A stretch of 63,831 nt of DNA, filler included, from Reticulomyxa filosa (taxonomy: Eukaryota > Protista > Foraminifera), in the NCBI GenBank assembly GCA_000512085.1. It is 17 parts of 17 records of this genome, joined end to end, with 100 filler letters (N's around TTAATTAATTAA, not from the genome) between each part and the next. Parts side by side here need not be neighbours in the genome. Positions count along the whole stretch, not along the records: positions 24,728 to 28,552 come from ASPP01023369.1; positions 28,653 to 34,454 come from ASPP01001274.1; positions 34,555 to 39,317 come from ASPP01022602.1; positions 39,418 to 40,872 come from ASPP01013768.1; 13 more parts are not named here. One strand, written 5' to 3'. The notes beneath the pieces are model-generated. The model searched no databases and had not been told where the DNA came from. It saw only the letters and a list, made by a program, of their open reading frames with translations. This document shows positions 26,609 to 40,872 of the stretch, piece by piece. A program made the translations under genes and the position numbers. Within the stretch, counting starts at the first letter, position 1, and each line of letters opens with the position of its first letter.

Positions 26609-28652
26609 TACTTTCAACTAGAAATCTTTCAAATCACTTTTTTGTTCGTTTGTACTATTTCTTCTGTCTTTGAACTTTTTTCACAAGTTATGCACATAAT
26701 CATTGGATATGCCAACACCATACTTACTTTTGCACTTGTCCATAACAAGTAACTACCAATTTGTGAAATTATACAATCAAATTCAAAAAATGCTACTATT
26801 TGCTCTTTTGCGTTGATTTTTTTTGATGTTGGTTCTGCGTTTACACCAAGGTTGTTGCAAAATTATCATAGCTTTTTGGTATTATAAATCTCACAAGATA
26901 ACTTTCCTATTAATTTTAGTTAAGCAAATCATTTACTTGTTTATTACTTACATTTCTACATACATACTTCAATCTTTTACTGTTCTATGCTGTCAAATTT
27001 TTAATCATTTTCTTTTCACATTGCTATTCCTCAGCACAATCAGATTTTGTTCTTTTTTTAGGGATGCTATTGTATTCTTTCGTATAATCTGATTTTTTTT
27101 CTCTTTTTTTCAATCTTCTTCTGCTTCTTCTTTTAGCATTTTGTGTGTTTCTAGTTATTCTAAGCTCAACATTTTCTTCTTTTTTGGAGGATGACCTCCA
27201 TGACACCATTGAAATGTCATCCAATCTTCCAAATCATTTTTCCAATTATCTTTCTTTTGATTAACTGTCTTTTCAAATAGATGAAGTTTTTTCATAGTCT
27301 TGTAATCAACTATTAATGATATGTTATTTGAGTTGAAGAAACAAACATAGTCATTATATGTTGTCACTTGTCTGCCATCATTTTTAGTTAAACTTTCTGC
27401 AGTGGAATTTTTTCATAAACTATTCTGTTTCTAGTAATTTCTCTGTACAAGTTAGAAACAAAAATAAGCGACATTTGATTTTTGCTTTAATCACTTCGAT
27501 TCTCTACTTCATTAGCAAGATTTTGTATCGCCCACTCGTATACAATTTTTAACTTCTATTCATTTTTGATTGTTGGGTCAAATTTATACTTAGCATCAAT
27601 ATATCAATAATGCTTTGTTCTTGAAACGAAAAATTAAGTAAGTCAATGTCAATTCTTAAATCAAATATCTTGTTTGTATTTCCTGTTCTTGTATCAACTT
27701 GATTAGATTCCTACTGTAAATTATTTTCTTTCAATTGCAATAAATTTTCATATCCATGTATATTTTTGACTTTGTCATAAATTCGATTCAGAAAAGTTTG
27801 TAAGCATATACAACCAGTTGTTGTTTAATTATTCAAGTATATAATACAAATATCAAAAATATTAAACATTCTACGCCATTTTGTTCTTTTATTTGTCCCA
27901 CTTTTTCATTTTCTTCTTTTTTTCCTACTTTTTCTGATTCATTTTCAATTTCTTTACTTTTTCCTTTTCTTCACTGTCTTTGGTATATATTTTTGTGTGC
28001 AATTGACAAAATAAAACATTTGCAAATTTTTAAATTATTTTTTTAATTATATTGCCTATAATTAAATTAATATGTAAAACATCAATTGTGTTTTTATGTT
28101 TAATTCACACTTTAAAAATAATTTAAAATATTTCATAATATGTAATCAAAATTTGCCGATCTAATAAGATAAAAGAAATGTATTTCTAAAATGAAAGAAC
28201 TTGAAAAACCATAAGCCCTAACTTTAGTTTAAATTATTTCAAGACTAATTATTGATTAAATATTTTACATTTTTATTTATTTAAAAATTGCTGTTTTTTT
28301 ATTAGTTAAAGTTGTTTTTATTAATGAAAAAAAATTAAAATTTTTAAATTTTTATCTTTTCCAACGAAAGGTAAACCATCATTAACTGTCTCTGATGTTG
28401 CAATTTCGATAGCCGTTTTTTCTTTGTGTATTGCTAGTTCACAAATGAATGTGATGAATAAATTAATATTATGATTGCAACAGCGTCTTTCCAAAAATTT
28501 ATTCATTTTTGCTTTGTATTTTTGTTCATTGTTATCTCGAAATTTCCATTGTNNNNNNNNNNNNNNNNNNNNNNNNNNNNNNNNNNNNNNNNNNNNTTAA
28601 TTAATTAANNNNNNNNNNNNNNNNNNNNNNNNNNNNNNNNNNNNNNNNNNNN

Positions 28653-28734
28653 AGGTTGTAAAGGAAGTTTAACCCACTGGGGGTTCCTCGGGTCCTTCCG
28701 AGTTCAAACCTTTAGAATAGGGACTTGTACTACA
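28653..28734 (+). mobile_element. 3' end of solo-LTR-like element (cut by contig start)
   Basis: Ends GGGACTTGTACTACA like the complete copies, and shares TTTAACCCACyGG with the 55680 copy. Confidence 0.6.
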
Positions 28735-29850
28735 ATATCACATACATATTAAATATATCTTTGTCGCGATCATTCATCAAATTTACATTTGTTGATTTAC
28801 TTTTTAACAATGACTTACAAATTATATCATTATGTCTTGCACGTACCATTTCTCTGCGCTTTGAACTAAATGAGGTGTTTACAGAATTTTTTCTATTTTT
28901 TTAAAAAACATTAACTTTTCAACACTTGTTAATTTGAAAACTGAAACAGTTCATTTCAAGATATATTGAATTTGTACACTCAACGTATACATATTTACAT
29001 CATTTAGTAAGACTTGTTTGCATTTTTTTTGAAATTAACTTTGTTTTTTATCTGAAAAATTTCAACTTAAAAAACATATCCATTCACATAAAGTCCTTTG
29101 TCATTTTCCAACACAAACACTTATTACAATTGAAAGTTATGTTCCGCCAGTTCTTCGTTCCGAATTCAACAAAGGAAATTTGATATTTATTGCACCTGTT
29201 CGGAATTTCGCAAAAAATAAAATGTTAAAAAATTCATAAAAAGAAAAACAAAAATTCAAAATGAAAAATCAGAATGCTAGTCCTTTGTGCAATAGTTTTT
29301 CAACATTAATTTTCAGATTTTTCAAATTAATACACTTTTTCATCACTTTCACCTTACGAACAAAAGAAAAAGCACTTACCTTTTTGTTTTCAAATAACTT
29401 TTCACAGATAACGCCAAAAACAAAAAAAGAAAAAGTTGCGTTATAACGCAAATGAACAAAAAAAAAGCAAAAAAGAAAAAGGGATATAAAAAACTCTTGT
29501 TCGTTGGGTGTTTTTGCAAAAAAAATTCTTTTTATAAACATAGAACAACAATAATTTTTTTGATTTCTGAATAAAATTTATTTATAATACAAAATAGCAT
29601 AATGATTAACTCATCACTTACTTGAGAAAGTATAGATAGCCCATCAGAAGTATCGACAAATGAGATATTGCGCAAACTCCACAGATCTTTCTCGGTTTGT
29701 TTCTTTGTAAATTTGCACTATGAATGGACAAAGAATTTAGTTCTGCAATGAAATTAAGGTATTTACTTAGAAGAAAGTGTGAAAAAACAAAACAATGTAA
29801 AACGCGATTACAACATGACAAAACAAACGAAAAAAAGATCTAAGAGTTAA

Positions 29851-32800
29851 TTACATGATAATATTTTCTATTGAGATCAATTCCTCCAGATCAGAATAAA
29901 TGGACATATTTTTTTTAGCAATATATTTCAATCTGACAAAAAACATCACAGCAAAGGCAGCGGAGACAACGAATAGAGCCAATACGTACAGCATATCGGA
30001 ATTTTGTGAATTGAGATGCGTGCCAAAGATAGTGTTAGGCAAAAGACGATAAACAAAAAAGAGTTCAATAACAGAGCCAATGACACCTGCAAGGAAGCCG
30101 AGAGATTTGAGAACAGATATACCATAAGGAAAGACAGGGATGGAGACTTTGTGGTATTGGGAGAGGTTTAGATTGGTCCATGACCAAATGGCAGTCAACA
30201 GAAATAAGACAAGGCATGTAACAAATTGAGACACAACAGTTCCAACAGGATTACCGGCACTAATCAATTGTGCCGACACTAACATACAACATTTGGCCCA
30301 AGTAACAAGAGATAAATAGGGCTTGATAAACTCAATTGTGGAAGTAAGCGACAGATAATCTTTGCAAGAGCCGCTCAATGGAGTCCCTAACTCTACAAAC
30401 ATTGGCGACACCATCACGCAAAAAGGAATGTAATAAGATAAGCCAATCAATGCTAATGTAGCAATTATCAAATGCTCACCCTTCCAACAGGTTACTTGTG
30501 TGTCCATTCGCCATTGTCCGTCATTTGTGCAACACATTATCATCACCAATTTATCACATATCACCAAGAACAGTGTGTCACACAACAGTCGCATTATCTA
30601 TTCAAATATGTATACCAAACAAAAGTGCAAGAAAGAGTGTTCAAAAAATGGCTACAAAATTTTAAAATTTTAAAATTTTTTTTATTTTTTATTTTATTTT
30701 ACCATCGACAGTTTGTTGTTTGCAGATTTTAATTGGCCATGACCATAAATGATAGCTCCAACAAACGAATGAAAATAGTGATCCTTTGCCTTTTCATTGT
30801 CGAATTGGATATACTTGTAAATGCCATAGGTTTTTACTTCCCATAAAAACAACACCATGAATATAAGCAACAACGTACCCACACCCACTCCGCCAATCGC
30901 GGCGTATATGTACAGGGGATTTGTATTCACCCAATCCATTGACATATAGCCCATTTGCACTATCTTTCGTTTCCAGCCTTTGTTTTTAATGATAACAACA
31001 TACATACACACATATATGTATATATGTATATATAAATTAGAAGGGACACCAAAATGCAAAAAAAAGGAGTTTAAAGTTAACCATTTAAATGTTGATAAGC
31101 TTTTGTAGAGGATGAAGACGTATCAATAGACGAAGAAGAAGAAGAAGAAGTGGACATGGTATAAGAAGCAAAGACAGCTAATTGATAAACTTCATAGCAC
31201 AAAAATGCCAAGGCGATAATCGTACCAATATTCCAAAGAAAACTCTTTGTTGGACCACCTTGATGCTGGTGATATGGATGAATTTGGAGCCTCTGCGAAT
31301 AGGACTGAAAGGCGCGATAAGTACCAAAGGCTTGCAATAATAAAATGGAAAAGATGTACGTGCTGATGACGGCTATGGCGATGGTATTTCGAAAGTGAGC
31401 CATTGGAAGTATGATTGTGGTAATTATCAGAGGCACAGCAACCAAATACGTAAACATTAAGCCACTTCGTAGTATTTGCCAGAGTACTCGTTGGCAGCGC
31501 TTCTGACGTGTCTCTGCTTCAATCACTGCTTGTCGACGGCTTACCCCTTTGTGATCCATTTCGACTTTGTTCATTCGAAAAATCAATAAAAGATAACAAG
31601 ATGGTAGAGTTACACATATACTCATCGCCATTATCAACGGGTATAAACACACTCTTTTTTTTTTTTTTTTAATTTATTTTTGTAATACGTGTGCATACAT
31701 ATATGTATATATACACATACATATATAGTGCATAATGAACACCTAGCAAGGAGCTTGAACAGTATAACCACAGCAGCATAGTGACAGTGTACATAGTCCG
31801 AACATCGACTCCATTCGAGATATGACATGAATCGGCCTAACAAATAAAACCCGTTTTCCAAATCTGCAAAAATGTTATCTGTTATCGACTTTTCCATTTT
31901 GCTATATATGTACAAGTATAATTATTTTCCACGATAAAAGAGATAAAGAAGCAAAAAATAATACGTATAGCGTTTTGAGTGTATGTGTGCATGTGCGTAA
32001 CATCATTGTATTACCTGTGAACAGATTTCTTTGCACCTGTGGCAAGCATATCAGTACTTTGGGGTGATTGAATCAACGCAGTATGTGTAGACATTTTAGT
32101 GGATAGGGGGCTGACAAGGTCTTCCAAGTGTTCGTAGGATATTTGTATCTCTTTAGGGGGTAGTGGTGGAAGTAATGAAGGTGGTGGTGGAGGTGGAGCC
32201 ACTTTGATACTCTTTGATAATATCGCTGTTGCCTCTTCCTCACTCTCTTCTTCTTTTTCTTTTTCTTTATCTCTATCATCTTCATCATATTCTCCTCCCT
32301 CATCGTCATCTAAATATAAAAAAACCTTACTGGGAAGAGGTACAGCATCTATGTTAATAGCCGTACTCTCCGACCATATCTCCTCGGGAGCCACTTTTCG
32401 ACCGGAAATGAGTGACTTTCGTTGGCTGAGCTTTGCCCTCAAGCTATCCATCAACGAATATCTCTCATTGTATTGCCTTTGTACGGTCCAAAACGGAGCC
32501 AACTGATTCAACAATGCTTCAATGAAACTCTGAAACGTAGCCTCGTCACCCTCCACCACTTGACAAAGGAGTGACTCCATATTACGCTGGTCGACCGACA
32601 ACGCTTGCAATGTGGTGATATCTTTTGTTATTGCAAACGAAACGGACATGACCAACAGCGATGCACTCACGTCAAATAATTGTTGATTTCTCATTTGCCA
32701 TGACTCAATCTGTCGTCGACAATCGGCAAAGAATTTGCTGTCTGCATTATCGCTTACAACCAGAAATATTGGAGGCTGTGGTTTGGAGTTCCTCCAATCT

Positions 32801-33710
32801 TTGTCTTCACTCATGGTACGCACTATATTTCCATATTGTTTCAACGACGTTTGTATCGATTGATCGTCGTCACGATCCACGTGCAACATGTGGATCCACA
32901 TGTGATAATATTGCAATGTTTTGAGCTTCAGCATTTTCACTTCAAAGTCTGTTTCCGTCACACTTTTGTCTCGAGAAACAGGAGAGAGAGCTTCATTATG
33001 CGATGCGATCAAAAAAGATGATGCGTTGCCATATAACCAATATTGCACGAAGTGATTCAGTGTGTCCTTGTTCGCGCCAAGTAACACAACCCAAGCCTTA
33101 GACTCTATATTTTTGTCAAGGGCCCTCCATCTTTCCTCTTGGGACGACCGAATTTGCCACACTCGAGTATATGTCGTGACGACTTCCGCGGATCTGTTGA
33201 ATATCAGTGACAGCAACTCGTTTTCAAATTTTGGAGTCACTCCTACTTCCTCTGCCTCTTTCTTTTTACTTGCTTTGAAATATTTCACCAAGTATAGTGC
33301 CATTGCATTTTGAAACAAATTATAAAATATATCCAAGCTCACCCATCCACTTTTGTTCACCTTTGTATTAATTGTGATGTGTTTATAGTACATATGTAGA
33401 GGGGAAAAAAAAATAGTGTCAGTGTATATTGTAGTTTTTAACGCTATGTTACATGTGCCACAATGCCAATGGTAATGAAATCAAAGTTTTTTGCAAATAT
33501 AAATTTTATGTCCTCGTTGTCATCCCAAGAGTCTTGGCTTTTTTCATCTGAAATGATCTGCAACAAAGGTATCGAACTGTCACTCCACACCCATTGATGT
33601 AAACATGAGGCAATATCTTTTTCATATCCCAATTTGTTTTCTTTTGCTGCGACTACTATCTTCTTTTTTTCTGAGTATAAAAAGCAGCATTTTACGTCTG
33701 TATACTGCAT
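29851..33710 (-). CDS. Large hypothetical protein with soluble N-terminal half and multi-pass TM C-terminal half
   Basis: Collinear ORFs 33444..33710, 32011..33393, 31634..31915, 31077..31652, 30694..31059 and 29851..30594 are separated by TA-rich introns. There are many TM helices and a protist-type C..D..V.CW..EH loop (CTNDGQWRMDTQVTCWKGEH). Confidence 0.75.
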
Positions 33711-34554
33711 TATCTTTTAGTTTACAATCACACTTTATTGTTTTTTGTCATATATTCAAGGTCATAAAGATTCTAAATATTTTCCAAAAGTGAGCTCCTT
33801 ATGCTAAAAACTCTTTAAAAAAGGTCTTTTCTCAATTTTTGAAAACATTAATGTCTTGTACTATTTAGCCTGATACAAGCAATGAGCAAAAATTTCTATT
33901 TACAACGCATGATTTTTTAAAGTTTGTTTAATAGAGAAAATTTAAGAATGGTCAGTTAGCAAAATGCAGATATCAAACATGGTAATAAGTATTTCTTGGG
34001 TTATCATCAAAAAAGATAAAAATGTTGGAAATAAAATAGTATACTTTCATTATAAATGAAAACAAACAATGTAATATCGCATAAAGTTTTTGAATAAAAT
34101 TGTCAAAAAATGAAATGCATTCTCACATGTCACGACGGAGTCGTAATGACTCCAATCTTTTCTTTCCTTAATTTAATTTTAATGTCAATGAATGATTGTA
34201 AGGCATGATATTGAATGTAAGTAGTGTAAGAAGTGTTCTTTTACTCGAACATCGTTCACGTACAAAAAAAAAAGTACTTTTTTAAATTTGTGCAAGAAAG
34301 ATGAAGTTATTTTTGTTTTCAACCTTTTTTTGGAATTGACTGTTCTTGTCATTCTTTGAAAAGAAGTTTTCACTTTTTATTTTGTTTAAAGATGAAAATG
34401 GTAGTGTTCCAAAATAACAAGACTCGGTTGATTCATTCCACTCCGTAAAAAAAANNNNNNNNNNNNNNNNNNNNNNNNNNNNNNNNNNNNNNNNNNNNTT
34501 AATTAATTAANNNNNNNNNNNNNNNNNNNNNNNNNNNNNNNNNNNNNNNNNNNN

Positions 34555-34595
<41 letters not shown>

Positions 34596-35057
34596 ATGTC
34601 CATCTTTGCATACTAGATTTTTTTTAATTGTGAAAACGGAGAAAAGAAAAGTACATCTTATCTTACCATCTTTGCTGCATCTGCAGTCTCAAATCGTACA
34701 AAACCCACACCGTCTCCATATACTCTTGATTGTGTAATTACACCAAATTGTTTGAAGAGATCGTCTAACTCCACTTGCGTGCATTCTTTCCACAGCCCTT
34801 TCACATACAAATTGTTTTCGTCCAATTCCATTGCTCCATTTTCGTCGTTTATGTCTATGTCTATTTCTATTTTATTTCATTTTTTTTTTCTTGTTTTTTC
34901 CTTCAGCTGTTTCTTATATACAAAAAAGATGTTTCCACGTACCATGAATTTGTTTGAACTGAGAAGCATCCTCCTTTGGAATTGATTTTGTATTGCTTAA
35001 TGTGCCGTCGTCAGTTCGCAGATCTTCTGTTGAAACGTTTGTTTCGGGCACTGTCAT
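34555..35057 (-). CDS. RRM RNA-binding protein, 5' part (not in ORF track)
   Basis: Exon 1 is 35057..34943 (MTVPETNV...QIH). Exon 2 (~34860..34667) has RNP2 NLYVKGL and RNP1 GVGFVRF. Donor GTAAGA; truncated at contig edge. Confidence 0.85.
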
Positions 35058-35501
35058 GGATAATACTTGTTGTTCCGATTTTATTTATATTAATTGATAT
35101 AAAAGAGACTGGAATGCTTTTCTTTTATTATTGTCTACGTAACGAGCAGATTAGTATGAATACAATACCTTTTTTTGATGTTCCGCGTCTACTCTTTTTT
35201 TTTGTTATTATTTTAAGAACAATTAGATATTGTTAAGTCTTGCCCAGTATTCATGCTGAGGAGGTTTTGCAAATGAATGACAAAATTGAAAAGGTTAGTA
35301 TACCCACTTCATCAAAAAAATAAAAAACGTTCAGCAAACAACGAAACGAAAACAACGGAAAAAGTGACCTTTTTTTCTCTCTTCCCAAATGAACCTTGTT
35401 TGTTGGGCCAGCAACAGAGGAGTGAGACAACAAAAAAAGAACACAAAAAATATGAAGAAAATAATAAAAATAAATACAATACAAAAAAAAAAAAAAAAAC
35501 A

Positions 35502-38500
35502 TCAATCACTTTCGAAAAATTTGACTTGTTTAACTTGTTCTAAAGATTTCAAAATGTTTTCCAATTCGAGAGTTGATTGTGTTACTTGAGGTTCACTCTT
35601 AGTTTTAGTTTCTGCGAATGCCTTGCAACTTCCCAGAAGCAAAACCAATTTATTATAAACCATTTTGACGTGTGTTGTCTCTAATTTCTGTTGCTTGTTC
35701 TTGTCGGTTTGCCAGTGTGCATGTTTTTCTGCCTCCGAATACATCATTTCAAGACTCTTGATTGCAACGTGCCAGTGATTGGTCAAAGTGTGTCGTACCT
35801 GTACATGAAAAAGTGTTAACTTTGACTTTTTTTTCAAAAAGAAAAAGTTTAACTTTGTCTCTAGAGACATCTTTAGGACGACAGAGTAGGAGTAGATGGA
35901 ACATGAATAAAGCCAATTTTTGTTTAAGCAAAGTTTTGTATTTGTGTTGCGTGTATCCGCTCGCATTTCCAGGGAGACGCTCAATGTTCCACAGTTGCAG
36001 AAATGAACATTTGAACAGCTGTTCAAACAAAAACGCGTAATGTGCTCGTGTTGGAATATTCATCAAAGCGCTTACCGCACAGAGACGTGTTTTGCAGTTG
36101 TCATCTTCGTCAACAATTTTGTACAAATCATAAAACAGTTTGGCCGTTTTTTGCAACGACTGCTTGGATTGGAGATGTCCCAACTGGGAATTGGACAATA
36201 TCAATCCCGATGTACAACACGCACTCCATTGCTCTTTGGGTCTTTCGGTATTGATTAAAAGCTCTTCCGATATGATTTGACAAATCTGACACCATTGTGA
36301 TTCATTTCCATTATCATTATCATTGTCATTATCATTGTCATTGTCATTGTCATTGCCATTATTATTTTGTTTTTCATATTTCTTTTCATTATTGATAGAC
36401 TCCTCGTCATTCCTTTCCAAACGCATGTGATGGCCAATGTATCCAACAATCCGCAAAACTTGACAAATGATATCCGATTTCATTATCCGCTTGGCATGGG
36501 TAACATCAAGGGCATTATCATTCTTGCCTGTCTTATTTCGAGGCTGGCTTTGTTGTAAAATGAACAGTCTTTTGGTTGCCAAAATGTCACAGCAGACTTG
36601 CAGTATCTCATCCATGCATTGCTTCGTCAATAACAATTCAATGGGCTTCCTCACCGGCAAGCAGTCATAGTCGCCCCAATCTTTGTGGAACTCCTTGGCC
36701 ACTCTCAAAATTGTGGGTTCATCCACCCGTCGATATCCTTTTCGTTTTGCGTACCGTCCAATGTCTTTGTCTTTGTCCGCGGACAAGGAGTCCACGCCTG
36801 CATTCATTGACATCTCAATACCACTACCGGTCATTGGAACCAATGTCGGTGGTAGGCTGTTCATCGCATTCCACAGAGCATTGGAAGGTGATGAAGAATG
36901 AACTGACGCACTTGCTGCAGCGGCCGATGCATTACAAGGATCACACATATTTGCCAATGCCAAAGACGCTTTTATTCCAACAACTGGACTTTCTTGTCCA
37001 TTGCTTCAAAATAACAAAAATAACAACAACAACAACAACAACAACACAATAACAACAAAAGTCTGTTCAATTCATGTAAAAAAAAAAAAAAAAAAACAAA
37101 AAAACAAAACAAAGATAAATTAACAAAATGTATACGTATGTTATTGTTTGTATGTAACAGTAAGTTTCGAAGGCATTGTGTCAGCAATTGAGCAGACGTA
37201 GCACAAAATTGTTTATCATCAAGAAAGGCACCCAAAGAGCCGATGACTCGACAGGCAATGGCGCGGACATGTGGAACTTTTTCTCCAATCACGCTGTCGT
37301 AGACACATTGGATAAGTTGCTGTTGACACTCCAGCGAGAACAAATCCCAATGCCATTTTTTAAAGCATAGCAAAATATTCAATAGCTTGCTTCGTATTCC
37401 ACTATGTTCCTTGTTGTTTTTGTATCGATTAAACAATCGAGGAAGCCACTGTTCCATGATTCTCACGCAGTCCGACAATCGCAACATTCCTATATATGTG
37501 TACATATATGTATATATGTATACGTATATACATACATATACAAATTGAAACTCAAAAGGCTTTTGTAGACTCATTTTTGATTGTTTGAACACCTAACCAA
37601 ACACGGCATCTTCAGGAGTGACTCCAGGGGAAATAGGTATAATGACCATCCAATGATGGATCATTTTGAGAGTCTCCACAACAGTTTGCATTTGAGCAGA
37701 CCCCAAGCCGGTGGCCACGGCATCCTTTAATCCTTTGGACCACCATTGCGCCAGATATGTCCGATAGTTCCTTGCCATCGAAGAGATGACACTGCGAGCA
37801 TCTCCACTGCTTTCACTCGCCGCATTGCCGTCTTGTTTCGATGGATGGGCCATCTCTTCATGTTCGATATCGTCTTCGTCCGAACTGTTCATTGGATATG
37901 TAGTGTGAGAATGCGGATTGGCAACCTCGGCAGTGGAGATGGCGACAGCGACGACGACGGGTGAAGACTTGAGCTCTTGCAAGATGGTGGTCATAATGTT
38001 GATTGATATGGAGGACTTGTGCTTGTGCATGGAAGAGCCGCTTGTCTGTCGTCTTGTTTTTTTTCCTGTGTTTTGAGTCTGCTATTGCTGCTGTCACTTG
38101 AAACATGGAAGAATACATCCAATTCCTCGATAAAGCACTTTTGATCAAAGATCGCCGCCAAAAGCACAAATAGTCCTGTTTTATAGCTACCCTTGGCTGA
38201 ACTTAGTTGAGTCAAACATATCTCCGTCAATTGACACAAGTACCCTTCTTTCAGTCTCGAGCAGTCGGTCATTTGAACAACAGTCTTCAAACATTTTACA
38301 ATCTATTTGAGATTGCAACAACAAGATAAAAAAAAAAAAAAAATTTAATTGGATCAAAAAAAAAAATCTTGTTTTTTCAAATAATTGAAAAAGAAACTTC
38401 AGTTTTGCAAGTGTCTTGCGATTCTTGCGAGTCCAAAGAGAACATTAACCCATAATGTATGGCCTGCAAAATGCTCAAAGCCCGATCGGACATTGGTGTA

Positions 38501-39317
38501 AACGCAGTTCTGCTAGCGTTGGCAGTGGCGATGGCGGACCGACTTGCGCCAATGTCCAGAGTCCCTTTTGCACCGCCCGTTGTCGAGGTTTGATGGATGC
38601 ACGCAAGCAAACGCGGCAGCGGACACTTGTCCATTAGGCTGTGCAAAAACGCAAATGCTGCGTGTCGCACACGGGGATGAGGGTCGTAAATCGTCACTGT
38701 CAATACCGTTGGTCCCCCAAACGGCCTTCTGCTGATTGCGCTTTTCTCGTCATTTGGAAGGAGCTTCCTCCACAAATCGTCAAAGATTTTTGGACACGCA
38801 CGTACTAAGGCGTGCAAACACTGTTGGATTTGATGTCTCAGTTTTGAAAACACGTCGCTGAAAGAGTCACCCAACAAAACAAATATATTTTCATTTTTTT
38901 TTATTTATTTTAAGCGACTAAACAAACTTGTTATTAATATGACATACAATTATATATATATATGTATGTATATATGTTTGTAAAGAGTCAGAACAAGGGC
39001 ATAAAGAAGGTGTTTTCTGGAGTGGATTGGTCGACATGTTCCCGTTCGGTGGTAGAAGAAAGTACGTTTTCGCTCGTGTATCCAATACCGTAATGCCGAG
39101 TGATTTGATGGAATTCCTTCCCTGCCCAGTCAAATGTGACACGATTTCTGTGCCGATGTCTGCTCGTAGGAGTGGTCATTTTGAAATTGTGATTGGAGTT
39201 ATTGGGGTCATCGTGGTAAGAAATGACCTCTTCGTTTGCCATTTTCAAATGCACGGACACATCACCCGATACATGTTTTTCATTGTTATAGCCATCACCA
39301 TTGCTATTGCTATTGCT
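35502..39317 (-). CDS. HEATR6: HEAT-repeat protein 6 (DUF4042) homolog, 5' truncated
   Basis: LTVTIYDPHPRVRHAA...AFTPMSDRALSILQAIHYGL (DUF4042-like), ALANMCD, QWSACCTSGLILSN and NCKTRLCAVSAL parallel known HEATR6 blocks. Confidence 0.75.
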
Positions 39318-39538
39318 NNNNNNNNNNNNNNNNNNNNNNNNNNNNNNNNNNNNNNNNNNNNTTAATTAATTAANNNNNNNNNNNNNNNNNNNNNNNNNNN
39401 NNNNNNNNNNNNNNNNNTTTTTTTTTTTTTTTTTTTACAATTTTTTGAAAACAAAGTGTGACAAAACTGAGAATGAAAAAGTCTCGACTTTGACGATAGA
39501 AAAGACAAGGAAATAGAATGACTTGTGTGAGTGGACAC

Positions 39539-40291
39539 CTTGACTGGATTGACTATGGTCGTGGACGTGGATGTGAGTGCGTCTGGCTGGGTGGTGCCCT
39601 GATTTTGAAACACAATGTCTTTGACGTCTTGGATGGTCAACTGGTGATTGTTGAGCAAATCGCGAAACAAGTCACACACGTTGTGCTGTAAAATGTCGCG
39701 GTACATCATAAAGTCGCCGCGATAAAACGCGTGTCCGTATCTCTGCACCAACTGGTGGCGCAGTGTCGTCTTCCCACTGTATCCTGGGCCCAGAATCAAA
39801 ATTTGGTATTCCTGTGAGGGCTCACTTTGATCACGACAATATGGACACATCCAACGAATGTTCACACAATTTTTTGTAGAGTTGTGACGTGTATCTGCTT
39901 TCTTTTTTGTTTTTGCTGTTGTCCTTGCTCTTATCTTTGATGTGATACTCTCTTCGCATTTGTTATTATTGTTATTATTGTTATTATTGTTATTGTTCGT
40001 ATTTTTCATGGTATTGCCATTTTTGTCCATACTTCCTACTTTCGAAATTGGGATTGTTGACACAGAAACACGAGCGGCCTTTGTTATCGAAATTTCTTGT
40101 TCCTTCTCCTCCATAGTGCTTGGCGTTTCGGGCTGAAGGTGAGTTCCCGATCGAGACCTGAGCACTGCTCGACCTTCCATTAAATCAGGTTGGAATCCCG
40201 AGGACGAATGTGGAGAATGATATGGACAGGCCTGAGTACAAAGCTGTCCAGAGGCATCATGAGAATGAGGATATGATAAACAACCGCCCAT
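39539..40291 (-). CDS. Atypical G-alpha-like protein, exon 1 (long N-terminal extension)
   Basis: MGGCLS acylation motif; ILILGPGYSGKTTLRHQL P-loop, followed by a G-alpha-like helical-domain start (YRDILQHNV). Donor at 39538; remainder lost at contig edge. Confidence 0.65.
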
Positions 40292-40818
40292 GTTTTGTTA
40301 GCTGCAAGAGAATTTTTCAACGAAAAAAACTTCTTATTGTCTTCACGGATACCATTAAAAAAAATAACCACTAAAAGAAATCATAGCATGAATTAAGAAA
40401 AAAATCATCATTACATATATTTTTTTTGTTTTATTGTTTTGAAAATTTTTTCAGTTCAATTTTTCTAAAAATATACAACAGTTAAATTATTCTTTTTTAA
40501 AAACACACCATTTCAATCATCATTAAATTCAAACAAAAGCCCAAGTCATTGCATTTCTTAAACTTTCTTCATGTTCACTGGGATTAAAATAAAGCATGTG
40601 TGGTACATATCTGGCACAATGAAAAGTTGTTATATTTAGATTAACATTGGAATTGATATAAAAGCGAAACAAAATTTATGTGAAAAATTGTTATTCACAT
40701 TGGCAAATATTTTAAAATGTAGTAAATTCAACATAATTTAAACTTTTTGTGCAAAGCTTCGATTAATTAGCCAATCATGCAATCCACCATTAAAGCAATA
40801 ACATTTTAATTTTTAGTA

Positions 40819-40872
40819 CATTATGTTGCAAAGAAAACTGAACGCATAAAACGATATCTTATGATGATAATT
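40819..40872 (+). mobile_element. Left end of MITE-family element at contig end
   Basis: TA|CATTATGTTGCAAAGAAAACTGAACGCATAAAAC...ATGATGATAATT is nearly identical to the sequence from 54036. Confidence 0.65.

Noticed and set aside
24728-28552. Short K/N-rich ORFs in a very AT-rich contig
   Set aside because: No coherent gene model or family signal; probably decayed coding or repeat sequence.
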